Of a stretch of 64,000 bases of DNA, positions 13,761-25,952 are shown piece by piece (positions within the stretch are counted from its first letter, which is position 1; every line of letters begins with the position of its first letter). The translations under genes were made by a program, and so were the position numbers. The stretch is from Azolla caroliniana (taxonomy: Eukaryota > Plantae > Polypodiophyta): NCBI GenBank assembly GCA_043228905.1, contig JBHGNT010000001.1, forward strand, positions 5,518,001 to 5,582,000, written 5' to 3'. The notes under the pieces are model-generated. The model was not told the DNA's origin, searched no databases, and saw only the letters and a list, made by a program, of their open reading frames with translations.

Positions 13761-13764
<4 letters not shown>
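10912..13764 (-). CDS. BAHD acyltransferase, DCR-like clade, 2 exons, ~453 aa
   Basis: Exon 1 is 13267-13764 (FYPLAGRL...PPLFIQ), followed by the phase-0 'Q' intron typical of BAHDs. Exon 2 is 10912-11775, with HXXXD = HVICDG, SSPNF..LDFGWGKP and GKIIFFPG..IDVVLAL. The clade is inferred from the SSPxF and GKxxxFPG motifs. Confidence 0.9.
11865..12055. repeat. Tandem repeat, ~3 x 67 bp, in the BAHD intron
   Basis: attgccttgtaaac(a)acac..agagtggaaaatatgtga..cttttgatgtattta is repeated. Confidence 0.8.
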
Positions 13765-13806
<42 letters not shown>

Positions 13807-15762
13807 CTTGTTCTGTTCTGTCCTGCCTCCTTAAATCCTTAAATCTTTTTAACTTTTCAAGTCAAGGATTCCTTTCTTTGAAAAATAGTGAAATCCCTTA
13901 CATAATATGTATGTGTATATATATATATATATATACTCAAAGGGGAAAGAAAGAAAAAATAGGCAAGCTCTGTTTGACTCTTCCCATTCTATGCTACAAA
14001 GACTTCTTTCTATGCATAATTACTTCGTCTTCCTGTCTCTCACCCAAAGAATAAGCAAAAGTGCTCCCTTTCCATTATTTTGCCTTCTGGCAGACATGGT
14101 CCAAGCCCTTGGTGTGCATGCCACGGAAAAAGAAAAAGAAAAGTTGTAGTCAATGGTTTACTTTCCACTCCCCCGCACATACGTGTCTGGATGTTGAACA
14201 ATCCAATCCAAACTCCTAGATGATGATGCTAAGGTTGGTTTCATACTCTCTCACCTAATTGCAATGACCTGTTCACCTAATTGCATTGACCTGGTAGTAT
14301 CAGAGGTAGGCTGGATTGGATAGATTTCACAACAGGTGGAAGTTAATGATACACAAATGTCTAGTTAGAAAGAAAATGGAAACTCTTGCTACATCACTCT
14401 CGCAAGGGGTAGTCATATGATGATAATACGGAGATAATTCAAAGAAGTAAAAAAAGATCACAAGGATTCAGGACATGTTAACGCAATGCATGCACAATCA
14501 ACAATTATAACAAATTCCATTTTGAACTCAATGCATGTACAATTAACAGCTATAATGGCGTCAAAAGGTAGCGCATTGTATCTAAGTGTAATCTTACACT
14601 CAAAATCTATGTGAAAGAGATGGCAGAGCAAGGATGATGATGATCTGCCATCATCCATTGGTGGCCATAATAGATACAAGACTTTTGGAGAATATATGAC
14701 TATATCAATAAATACAATCCATTTCTCAGATATAATTAATCAGAGAGAACTCAGAAGACTATGGAGGCACGGAAGAATATGACCATATTTATAACATGGT
14801 GCATGGTAGAGTGTAGAGTGGGCTTCTAAAAACCATTTGGCTTTGTCTAGGATATAATTTATCTTGATGAGCTACCGATGGACCCTGGTCATTGAACTCA
14901 CCATTATTAGTACAGCCCTCCTAGAAGGTATTGTAAATACCAATGTCGTTGAATTTATGTCTTCCAAGAAATAATCATTTCAATGTAATTGGAAATTTGG
15001 ATGAGCACATTGAAAATTGGTAACGAAAGCTTTGGTTGATGATGAAGGATGTTATTGTTTACTTTTGATACACTCTAGTAGATATATGTACATGGGATGC
15101 ACAGTTGTTTGGGTTCATCGAAGTATGCACTCTGCAAGAATCATGATCAATAAGCACCCAGATATTGAAATAATGCAATAAGATGCATTCACAGCATTCG
15201 TATCCCACTATGTGTAATCCTGACATATGCATGAAAAACACTGTTTGCATTCTTCTATAACGGATACTTCAATGTTATGCAGCAATGCAAACACTTATTT
15301 ATCTATTTTCTAAAATCAATATAATGATTCCAATAAATCCGACCAATAGCAAATCAATGAAATGCACGCATGGGATTCAGTGTCCAAATCCAGTCTTTCA
15401 TCACATGAAAATTTTTCAAACCTTCATTGTTGCAAACGTTGATTAGTAAAATTCAGACTCGATATGAATCCTCACAAATATATCTCCTGTTCACTGAAAA
15501 TTTGCATACAGTTTGCATCATTCACCATGGTTGCATGCTTCTCACCCATTGATCAAAGAGAGGCAGAAGAACTGACAAATTGGGACACAGTCCTCTTGTG
15601 CTAGTTCTAACAATTTCTTTACTTTGTCAATAGCTCTGATTGGGTCACAATAAATGGAAAAATGCATATTTGATCCATACAGAACTCAAATTCCATATGA
15701 CTATGGGATTGGTATCTTTCATGCAGTTTTCTCTACTCTAGAAACCACAATTCTATCTTCTT

Positions 15763-18513
15763 CTATGTTTGCATCCCAACTGCTGCATGTATATTTCCCA
15801 TGCATACATATGTGGCAGCACACTTCTCATCCAATTGTACCGATTCCTCAAATGCCCATCTCCCAAGCTTCACATTCCCCCATCTTCTACAATAACCCAT
15901 TATACTCTGGAATAGTGGAAGATGGGCAAAATGTTGAACCCTGTCAAGCAATGCTTTCACCTTGTCGAAGTGTCCTGCACGCCCAAATAGATCAATCATA
16001 CATGTATAGTGTTCTAGTGTTGGATTGAGACAGTAGACACAGCACATTTCATCAAACAACTTTTCTCCCTCTTTGACTAGTCCGGCATGACTACATGCAT
16101 TCAACAAAACAATAAAAGTGACCAAATTGGGCACATCTTCAATCCTCATTCTATTGTATAGATCCAAAACCATGTCCACTCGGCCTACTTGTGCAGATCC
16201 AGAGATTAACGCATTCCAAGACACTATATCCCGTACCTGGAGCTGCTCAAACACTTCTTGTGCTTTCTCCAACACACCGCACTTGGAATACATGTCCACC
16301 AATGCATTACCAAGAACAACACAGTCTTGCAATAATCCTTGCTCTCTCACCTTAGTATCTATCTCTTTGCCAATCTCTAGACAGCCTAAAATACCACAAG
16401 CTTTCAAAATACAGACATAAGTTACTACATCTGGGGAGGCTCCCTCATTTTGCATCTGTCTGAAGCATTCCAACGTTTCGTCACCAAAGCCAATTTGCAC
16501 ATATCCAGTGATCAACGTATTCCACGAGACAACATTCTTCTCTGGAAGCTGCTCAAACACTTCTCGTGCTTTCTCTATTGCGCCACACTTGGAATACATA
16601 TCGACTAAGGCATTGCCAATAATAACCTTTTTCAATAGCCCTCTCTTTCTGACCTCTGCATGTATATCTTTTCCAATTTCTAGAGAGCGCACTATGCCAC
16701 AAGCTTTCAAAACGCACACATATGTTACATCATCAGAGCAAGTTCCAACATTTTGCATTTGTCTAAAGCATTCCAGTGCTTCATCTCCAAAGCCATTCTG
16801 GGCATATCCAGCAATCAGTGCATTCCAAGATACCACATTCTGCTCTGGAAGCTGATCAAACACTTCTTGTGCTTTCGACAATGCACCACATTTGGAATAC
16901 ATGTCCACTAACGCAATGCCGAGCATGTTGCCTTTCTGTAATATCCCTTGCTTTCTGACCTCTGCATCTATAGCTGTCCCTACCTCTAGGGACCGCAATA
17001 TGCCACAAGCTTTTAAAATGCAGATATAGGTTATCTCATTTGGGTAAATTCTCATATATTTCATTTGTCTAAAGCACTTTAATGCCTCATCGGCAAGTCC
17101 ATTTTGTGCATATCCAGCAATCAAGGCATTCCAAGATACAACATTTGGCTCTGGAAGCTGATGAAACACTTCTTGTGCTTTGGACATCGTGCCACACTTG
17201 GAATACATGTCCACCAATGCAGTTCCAAGTACAATATTTTTCTGCAATAGTCCTTGCTTTCTGACATCAGCATAAATATCTTCACCCAACTCTAGAGAGC
17301 CTAAAATGGCACAAGCTTTCAATGTGCATATATAAGTTACTGAATTTGGACGTATTCCAACATCTTTCATTTTTCTGAAGCATTTCAATGCATCATTTGC
17401 GAAACCATTTTGGGCATACCCAGCAATCAAGGCACTCCAAGACACCACATTCCGTTCTGGGAGCATTTCAAACACTTCTTGTGCTTTCTCGACCACACCA
17501 CACTTGCAATACATGTCTAATAGTGCATTACCGAGCACAACATCTTTCTCCAACAATCCTTTCTTTCTGACCTTGATGCCTATGTATTCCCCAAGCTCTA
17601 GAGAACCAACAATTCCACAAGCTTTCAAAATAGATGCATACGTGACTGCATCTGGGGATACTCCTTCATCTTGCATATGCCTAAAGCATTTCAGTGCTTC
17701 GTCACCAAGCCTATTTTGTGCATATCCAATGATCAAGGCATTCCAACTCATGACATTTCTAATTGGAAGTTGATCAAATATTTCTCTTGCTTGCTCAAGG
17801 GCACCACACTTGGCATATGTTGTAATCAAGGAAGTGGCAATATACATATCCTTCTTAATCAAATTTTTTTGGGGAACATACACATGAATTTTCTGTGTCT
17901 TCTGAATTTTCTTTTCATTCTTGCATGACTTCATTGAATTCAAAAGTGTAATCTCATCACCAAACACATCATCATCATTTTCATCTATCTTAATCTTGAC
18001 TTTGGAATCAACCAAATGGATCTCTCTTGAAGTCTCTTTGAAGAAAGATGGATTATACCATCTATCATCGATCCTTAATGCTGTCCTTGTCTTGTTGTGC
18101 AGAAAGTGTGGCTTTCCTGTGTGGTGGAAAAGGGAGGAAAACAATAAAAGTTTGAACGTATATTAGGGATCCAAAATTCTGCAATATTATATATATATAT
18201 ATATGGGAAATTTTGAATTTTCTTTTATTTCCTCAAATGCCCCTAATTTTTAATTGTTTTCCAATATAAATGCTCTTCTTTAACCCCCTATCAAGCAATT
18301 ATATGGTCAATTCATCACATTTTTCTCAATTATATGTGGTCTTTCAGCAATGACATGGTTAGCTCATGCTGGCCACGGGCATTAGGGGAAATAAAGATAA
18401 ACTCAGGAGCATTTCCAAGTTCCCTCCTACGAAACGTATACGCTTTGGCTTTTACCTCTCTGTGTGTCTGCTTCTCCCAGAGCTTCAATAGATCTCTGAA
18501 GTACTCGTCCCAT
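15763..18513 (-). CDS. PLS-class pentatricopeptide repeat protein (RNA-editing-factor type), truncated E domain, no DYW; 2 exons, ~803 aa
   Basis: About six P-L-S triplets with ~102-aa periodicity (VVSWNALIAGYAQNG / YICILKACG / ALVDMYSKCG), then LLNACSHAGLV..EHYTCMIDLFGRAG and E1. The ORF-track start is a TTG. A strong pyrimidine-rich phase-1 acceptor ends at 18117 and joins exon 18456-18513 (ATG..AGAG|GTAAAA) in frame. Confidence 0.9.
18205..18416. mobile_element. Degenerate MITE-like inverted-repeat element in the PPR intron
   Basis: gggaaattttgaattttcttttatttcctcaaatgccc matches imperfectly the reverse complement of gggcattaggggaaataaagataaactcaggagcatttcc (~40 bp TIR). It sits next to a (TA)n tract. 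Confidence 0.4.
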
Positions 18514-19746
18514 AAGCCCTCTGTTCCTTTGGAGGAAAAGGATAGAGCAATTACATTTTTCTTCTTCTTCTTCTTTATGAAAGTAGGAAAGATAATGCAA
18601 TGAACGTCGCTTATCAACGCCTTTAAAAAACAGATAATTACAATTGCTTCTTCATCTTATTATTCTAAGCCTTTTCAATGTGAAGCGGGCAAGAAAAAAA
18701 CAGAAATATGTGAAGAGATAAAAGAACATAGGTGTAGGTGTGTGTGTGGGCGCATGCACATATCAATTCCCCGCTATAGTTTCACATAACTCATTCTTAA
18801 TCATCGTTCTAAGTGACCTCTAAGTTTTGGTCACTGCAAGCTCAACAACCACAAAATGATGCTTGGCATGTATATATGTCTTTCTTTAATTTCTCGGCCA
18901 CAACTATTCTAAAAATTATCATAGATGATCGACCGCATATGTCCTATACATGATTGATCCTTAATGCAAACTAAAAAATATCACAAAAAGTTGGAGCTAG
19001 GGATCAAAACAATATCACCTCAACACTAGACTCACTTACTATGCACATCCATTTTATTCAAACATGTCATTGATATAAGAACAATCACGAGATTTGGGCA
19101 TCAAACATCAACATCTAGTCATATGCAAATTGTATATAAGAATCGTAAATAGACAAACTTTGAATATGTGAATACCGTCCTCCATGTCTTCATAATGGGA
19201 AGAAGACTCCTTGTTGCTTTCACATGTTCCCTTGCATTGTATCTACAAACCCAAGAAAGGGAAGACAATGTGCAAGTGTGAAGCATAGTAAAGTCTCACT
19301 AGGTTCTAGATGAAGAGCTCTTTACACAATTAGACATGAGTTGGTTGTGTTGATGTGGAAGTGATCATATACTTGGGACTAAACAAATATTTTCTCTGAC
19401 GTGAACTTCCATGGTTAATACTTCTTCTTGTATAAGCATTTACATCTATAATTATTACTCTAAACATTGCCTCTAAATCAGATTGAAGAAATAAAAGATC
19501 AATCAATCTAGGCTAATTTTTTTGAGATTAAGATTGGACTAAGCTAATTTCCATGGTTGACACTTCTCTCCATGAGTTGCATGTTCACAATGATTAACAT
19601 TGAAATAAGCTCTAGCCCATAGTTTTGAATAGACCAATAATTAAGTGATTAGACTATGTATAATAATAGTTTGAATATTGCCATTTACTGTACGCTAGTC
19701 AATACAAGAGCTGCAAATTTCAAATATTTGCACTCACACCAATAAC

Positions 19747-20250
19747 AATTGCCAACGGTTCGGTTCGGTTTGAGAGGGTCAAAACTGAACCGTTAAAAAA
19801 TTTTCAAACCGTTAAAACGTGGTTTTGTGATTCTATTTCGGTTTTCAACTTAGGTCAAAATTTAAAATTTAAAATTTTGTTTTTAAACAATCTTTTTTAG
19901 ACCTTATTCTCACATTTTAGGAACCGTTAAAAAAATTTCAAACCGTTAAAACGTGGTTTTGTGATTCTGTTTCGGTTTTCAACTAGGTCAAAATTTAAAA
20001 TTTAAAATTTTAAAGATGTTCCTAAAATGTGAGAATAAGGTCTAAATATGAAAAGATTGTTTAAAAACAAAATTTTAAATTTTAAACTCTTTTTTTTATC
20101 AATTAAAAAAAAAACCATTAAATCATTGTTTGTAACTGTTGAAAGTTGAAACCGAACCCAACCATTTTTTAAAACCTGAACCGAATTGTTTAAACTTTAA
20201 ACTGTTAAGCCGCAATTTTGTGGTTCGGTTTGAACTGTTGCCGATTATTA
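19747..20250. mobile_element. Non-autonomous DNA transposon (hAT-type MITE) with AACCG/CGGTT subterminal motifs and an internal fold-back
   Basis: Clusters of cggttcggtt and aaccg motifs lie at both ends, with imperfect TIRs. There is an internal direct repeat (~19788-19878 and ~19921-20010) and a ~65 bp inverted repeat (19861-19924 vs 20018-20086). Confidence 0.6.
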
Positions 20251-20951
20251 CACACCAAGAATGGATAGAACCATGAATCAACATCACCACTTTTGTACTC
20301 CTTTTCAAGAGCATTGAGCAATATAAAGGTGTTATGAATAATCATGGAAGTTGCCATCAACTTATGCTAGTGAGTTACGGGAATCACCAGGACTTTGGGA
20401 AATATTTAAATACCATACATTCATTTTGTACATGAGCATGAGACAGATAGACCATTGAAAAGTCTTTTTGAATAACAATGGCAAGTTAGTGAGAAACCCT
20501 AAAAATTTCCAATCAATTAGGACATTCAAAAAAATATTTGAAATACCATGTATTCATTGTACATATGAACGTGAATTCGAATACTGTATTACATTCAATA
20601 TAGATCATTTCATGCTGAATTTTGAATGCATATTCCAATCAAAGAATTCTTTTTGACCCCAGATACTTGAATCGGGCAACAGCAAAATGAATGCAGCTGC
20701 GCTCATACCAAGTTGAGCAGATTGTTTCAGCAAAAATACATCAAACATGGGATGCAGCCATATGTGCCCATGGCTTATCACAACCAAAAGACCCTCCATA
20801 TATACAACAGGTCCTCAGTGTCATGTTTTAGAGCTTACACTTATGGTTTAGGCTTTAGAGTTTTAGGGTTTTGGAATTTTTGACATTAGGATTTAGGTGC
20901 ATGCCAATGTGCACTATTTAGATGCCAGTTGAATACCAAAAATGTTGATTG

Positions 20952-22646
20952 TCAGCCACACATTTTTCTTTTAACCAAAGAATTAACCAAATTAATCATA
21001 TCATCAATCCTGCCTTCATTTCGGAGGCCATTTACAACCTCATTGTACAACTCCATACTGCATTCTTCATTGGATTCGATAGAAGTGATGAAATACATGC
21101 AGGCTTCACGAAATCTTGAGGCCTTACATAGACCATCTATCACTACATTGTACGCAATCCTATCCACATTGCGTTTTCTCTTCACCATTTCATCCCACAC
21201 TTCAAGCGCCTTATTAGTTTCTCCATTATGGAACAACCCTGCCATCAACGAGCTATAGACAGCATGATGCACTTGAAATCCTCTTGTTTGCAATACGAGG
21301 AATAGACTATACGCCTCCTTCATTCGCTCCGCTCTACACAAGGCATCCAAAACCATACTAAATGTAGAAACTGTCGGTTCTGAACCCCTATCCACCATTT
21401 GATGCAACAAACTTGAGGCTTTATCAATACTTTGCTTTCTACACAAATGCTTGATGAAGGTGTTATAGGTGACAACGTCTGGTGAAATGCCCTTCTCTTG
21501 CATTGTGCTTACAAGCCCAAATGCATTGTCATCTTGTCCGGTAGCACAAAGACCTGCTATCAATATATTGTATGTGACAATGTCAGGAAAACAACCTTTC
21601 TTGATCATGGCTTGCAAGCATTGTTTAGCTACATGTGTCTTCCCAAGCCCACAAAAGGCTTTCAACAAGATATTGTAAGTGCAAGTATCAGGATTGCCTC
21701 CGATCCCAACCATTTCTAACAGAAGAGGACCGGTATGATGCACTTTTCCCACCTTGCATAGACCAGCTATAAGAGAATTGAAAGTATACCGATTAGGTTG
21801 AACTCCATGCCTTTTCATGTCGTTTTTCAAATGAAGAGCTTCATCGATATAGCCAGCTCGACAAAGGCCATTGATGAGACAAGTGTAGGCAACAACGTCG
21901 GGCTCACACCCATGTCCAGACAGGACAGAGAAAACTCGAAAGGCATCCATATGTGAACCTGCCTTACACAGTCCATGGATAAGTGTACTGAGAGTAAAAC
22001 TATTTGGGGAGCAATCCGACGACATCATCGCCACAAATGTCGATTTTGCAACATCATATAAACCAGCTCGGAACAAGAAATGTAGGAGAAGGTTGTACGT
22101 ATAGGTACTAGGGGCACATCTGAAAAAACTCATTTGATCGAAAGTTGCTGTAGCTTCTTTTATCATTCCAGCCCGGCCATAGCTGGAAATAACTATATTA
22201 AAAGTGACTTCATTAAATTCGCATCCTGATCTCTTCATGAGCTCAAGGAGGTTTTTTATAGCTTCGAACTTGTAGTCTTTCCCGAGTACATGGATCATAA
22301 TGTTGTATGTAGTGGTCGTGTGTTTGTACCCTCGTTGCTTAGAAGCCCACGTGAAGAAATTGAGAGCAGATATGGCGTCTGAAGGGAAGCTTTTCAGAAC
22401 ATGGAAGACATGGTAAGGAGAGAGCCGGACCTGGAGAGAATTGAGAGATTCTTCTGTGGTGTTACTCTCCCATCCTTTGCGAAGCATGCAGTGGATTCCT
22501 TCAATCTGAAGAGAGCAGAGTTTGGAAGACGAAGAAGAAGACGATGAAGAGGAAGATGAATTGCTTGTTCTCTGTTTCTTCACGCCATAGCCACAAAGCT
22601 TACGAGTGTAGTCCGCGCACCAGGCAGAAGAGGTCGCCATGGCCAT
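20952..22646 (-). CDS. P-class pentatricopeptide repeat protein, intronless CDS, 564 aa
   Basis: A Ser-rich N-terminus and the ALNFFTWASKQRGYKH motif precede about eleven tandem 35-aa repeats (PDVVTYNTLIxGLCxxG consensus). There is no E or DYW domain. Confidence 0.92.
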   Translation of the reverse strand: MAMATSSAWCADYTRKLCGYGVKKQRTSNSSSSSSSSSSSSKLCSLQIEGIHCMLRKGWESNTTEESLNSLQVRLSPYHVFHVLKSFPSDAISALNFFTWASKQRGYKHTTTTYNIMIHVLGKDYKFEAIKNLLELMKRSGCEFNEVTFNIVISSYGRAGMIKEATATFDQMSFFRCAPSTYTYNLLLHFLFRAGLYDVAKSTFVAMMSSDCSPNSFTLSTLIHGLCKAGSHMDAFRVFSVLSGHGCEPDVVAYTCLINGLCRAGYIDEALHLKNDMKRHGVQPNRYTFNSLIAGLCKVGKVHHTGPLLLEMVGIGGNPDTCTYNILLKAFCGLGKTHVAKQCLQAMIKKGCFPDIVTYNILIAGLCATGQDDNAFGLVSTMQEKGISPDVVTYNTFIKHLCRKQSIDKASSLLHQMVDRGSEPTVSTFSMVLDALCRAERMKEAYSLFLVLQTRGFQVHHAVYSSLMAGLFHNGETNKALEVWDEMVKRKRNVDRIAYNVVIDGLCKASRFREACMYFITSIESNEECSMELYNEVVNGLRNEGRIDDMINLVNSLVKRKMCG

Positions 22647-25600
22647 CGTTATGTGTATCGATCGTCTCCGTATCCATCCTTCTCTATATCATCTTCCTCC
22701 GCTTCCTCCTCCGCTTCTCTGACCATCATATATTGCTTCTCCCTCTCCTGCCTGCGCGTGAAGAGTGAAAGAGCAAACCACAGATAACAACAGATTGAGA
22801 TACATATGTATATAATACATACGGTAGGGTTTTAGAGCATATACATATGCATACACAGAGACATATACATACATACATATATGTATGTATGTATGTATTG
22901 ACTTACAAGTTACGATGGTCTCTGTCACTTATGCTCAGCCCCCCCTTCACAAAATCATTAGTTGCAAGAAACCACGCCCGGTGCTCTCTAGTAATGGCCT
23001 TGTCTCGATTCACTCGGTGGACATGAGCATGCAGTGCAATTGCCCGCTCGTTGGTTGATTGCTCTAACAATGAGCAATGCAACCAATTTCTTATCCACAC
23101 ACGAAACAAACATGTAACACGGATCGATTTCTTGTGTGAAATCCATGTCCGTCATCGGCCACACCAATTTGTGTGCCAATGAACATGTTCTAAATAGATG
23201 CCATGTTGCAGTTTTCACTTGGATCTCCACCCACTACATCACCCCTTCGCTTTGATGATATAACATTGTTTCTATTCTGAACCTCATTCCCAAGGGTGAG
23301 ACATTCCGAGAAAGTAATAAATAGTTAAAGCTATATAGAAAAAGACAAAAAAAACCTAGAAAGAACTCTCATAAAAAGACTTACAAGATTTGCACATTTT
23401 AATTCTGTCACAATTTTGTAACTCATCATCATAAATGGATAGATTGTTTAGCATTATGGGTGGTGTTGCAACCAAATGGAGGATTCGCCTTGCCAAAGAA
23501 GAAAACGAATGACTTAACATACATGGTAATGCCTAGTTCTCACATACATAGGCATAAAAAGCTTGCTTTGAGGATACAAGTATGTCGTTATGATGCCACG
23601 AGAGTTTTAGGAATGAAACTATTCAAAGCTTCAAAGCTTATTTTAGTATGCATTATCTTATGTTATTTTAAGTCTTGATGATTAATGACTATGTTTTGAA
23701 ACTTGTCACAAAATGTCTAAACATGTTTTAGCTTATAAAATTGTTCCCGTGTATCAAAGTTCTATTCTAGATGTACTATCATGATCCTGGCACGTAGGGA
23801 ACACTAAATCGATTGAATGTTCCACATTCATGTTATTGTTCTCAAAGCATTTGCGTTATGGGTAGCTATGCCCCTTAAAGACAATTAAGACAACTACATG
23901 TGGTGATCATAATTATCAAGTTAGGTCCATGCAAAATGACATGAGTAGACACAATTGTATGGGCAGATATATGTGAATACATAGAACTATTGATTACAAA
24001 AGCATAAAAGCCTCACTTTTGAGAGAAAGACAAGGCCAAGCATTGATGCATACATGACAACCATAGAAGGTTAATAGTATGTCCTTTAACTAAACCTTTA
24101 GAGACACTTTTGCTCACTAGAGAACAAAATTTCCTTATATGACAATAACTGGAGTAGCATTACAATGTAAGATGCGATTACAATCCTATCAAGTATAATC
24201 CTTGTTTTCTTTGTTACTATTTTACAATCATATTAAGTATAATCCTTGTTTCTTTGTTAATATTTCACATTGACACAAAAGAATAATCTTATTATATAAT
24301 TCCCTCTGGCCACTCATGGCGAAAAAATAAGAGAGATTTCAACGTTAATTAAATGAAATTGCAAACTTCAAAAGGACTTGAATTATGGAGTTATGATAAA
24401 CTTGAAGCTAAATAAAAACCTCCCAAATAGTACACGTGTTTTACCATTCACATGGCTGGTCTTGTCACAACAAGAATCATTCTATTATTATTAGCTTACC
24501 CTAGGGTTAATTGATTAGACTATTGGTATAAAGTCTTGGGTTTACTTGAAAACCTCCTTTTTACAATTGATTGAAATGCTTCAATAGATTCTTGATTAAA
24601 TAAATAAATAAATATTTTGCAAATACCAAACTACAAATCCATCTTCTTCTCTTAATGTGTAAACCACAATCACCCGTACATTATTAGTGCCCATCGCTTC
24701 CATACAATTTGCCTCAAAACGTCTTCAATGTGAGATAAGGTGTTGGGTCATCCTAGAGGAGATTCATCAAGTCTACATGATTTTGAGTAAACACGTCCAC
24801 ATATTCCTCTATTCAAATGCTCTATTGTCTATAATACTTGGAACCAATATGATACTAACAAAAAATAAATGAAAATTAAAAATTCCCACCAAGAATAAGG
24901 AGGGAAAGAGCTTGACAAATGTGCCATGGAAGGATGTCTATGAGCCCAATGTGCCAAGTTTGAATTCTATAATGGAGTTAACAATTGTTCATTTACGATG
25001 GCAACAACATCCATAAAATGCCAATAGGATGAACAAGTTGTGAAGTCCACTTTGATAATCAATATTGGAATCTTGAGAAATTAGGGATCATAATAGGGGA
25101 GTGTGAAACATTGGTGGGGTAGGATTATTGTATAAGGAGAACCCGAAATTGGACAATGAAGATATTCTAGGAAACATAATTGGGAAGATATATTTAGGTA
25201 ACATTGACAATGAACTTGGAAGGGGGATCCACCACCCATGTTATATTCTCCTAGTGCAAATGAATTGTGGCCTTGGGAAAAGAATTACAATATTTGGAAA
25301 CACCGTTCATGGAGGCTTACAAATACTACACTTACATATTGGTTTTTGCTTATGCTACAAAAATATACAAATCCTATTTAACATAAATGAGGAGCTGCAT
25401 AACACCAACATTCGTAATAGACTATATGTGGTGCCATTAATGGCCCTTTCTTCCTTATGGATAATATGTTAAAAACTTCGGAGATAGCCTTGAGGTGACA
25501 TTAGCATAGGGCAAACAGTCATTTATAAACTCAAACATTACTGTGTATGCTACCTAAATTATGTAGACAAAAAGAGGAAGAGGAAATACAATTTAAAGTA

Positions 25601-25952
25601 TATAATATACACAAAGTATCTCCGAATGGTGTTGCTTGAAAAATTGTAGATAAGACCTCTACACACAAGAAGTTGCCTCTCAATGTATTGTTTCATGTGT
25701 AAAGGTTCAACATTTCTTCATTGAAATTACTCCCAGGAATTATATATGTACATAGTGGTGTTATTTAAGAAAATATATATCTAGGCACAAACCTTCATTG
25801 AGCAATATGGTATTTACCTCTGAGAAAAATTGAAGTTGATCTATCTGATCTTCAAAAACTTCACCTTCTCACTCAACTCTGTAATTTATATCGCGAACTA
25901 TAACTAAGTAGCTCTGGGTTATAAGAACATGGAAATTGTATGTGGTAGTGAT

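Noticed and set aside
16118-18166. Periodic plus-strand ORFs (e.g. 16776, 17082, 17388)
   Set aside because: They are antisense shadows of the 306-nt PLS triplet periodicity.
22903-23230. Overlapping short minus-strand ORFs that look vaguely coding
   Set aside because: No recognisable motif or splice context; cannot be supported as a gene or TE fragment.
24880-25500. Possible decayed LINE (similar impressions at ~500-1100, ~12060-12800 and ~44200-45900)
   Set aside because: No diagnostic RT, endonuclease or zinc-finger motif could be read with confidence.
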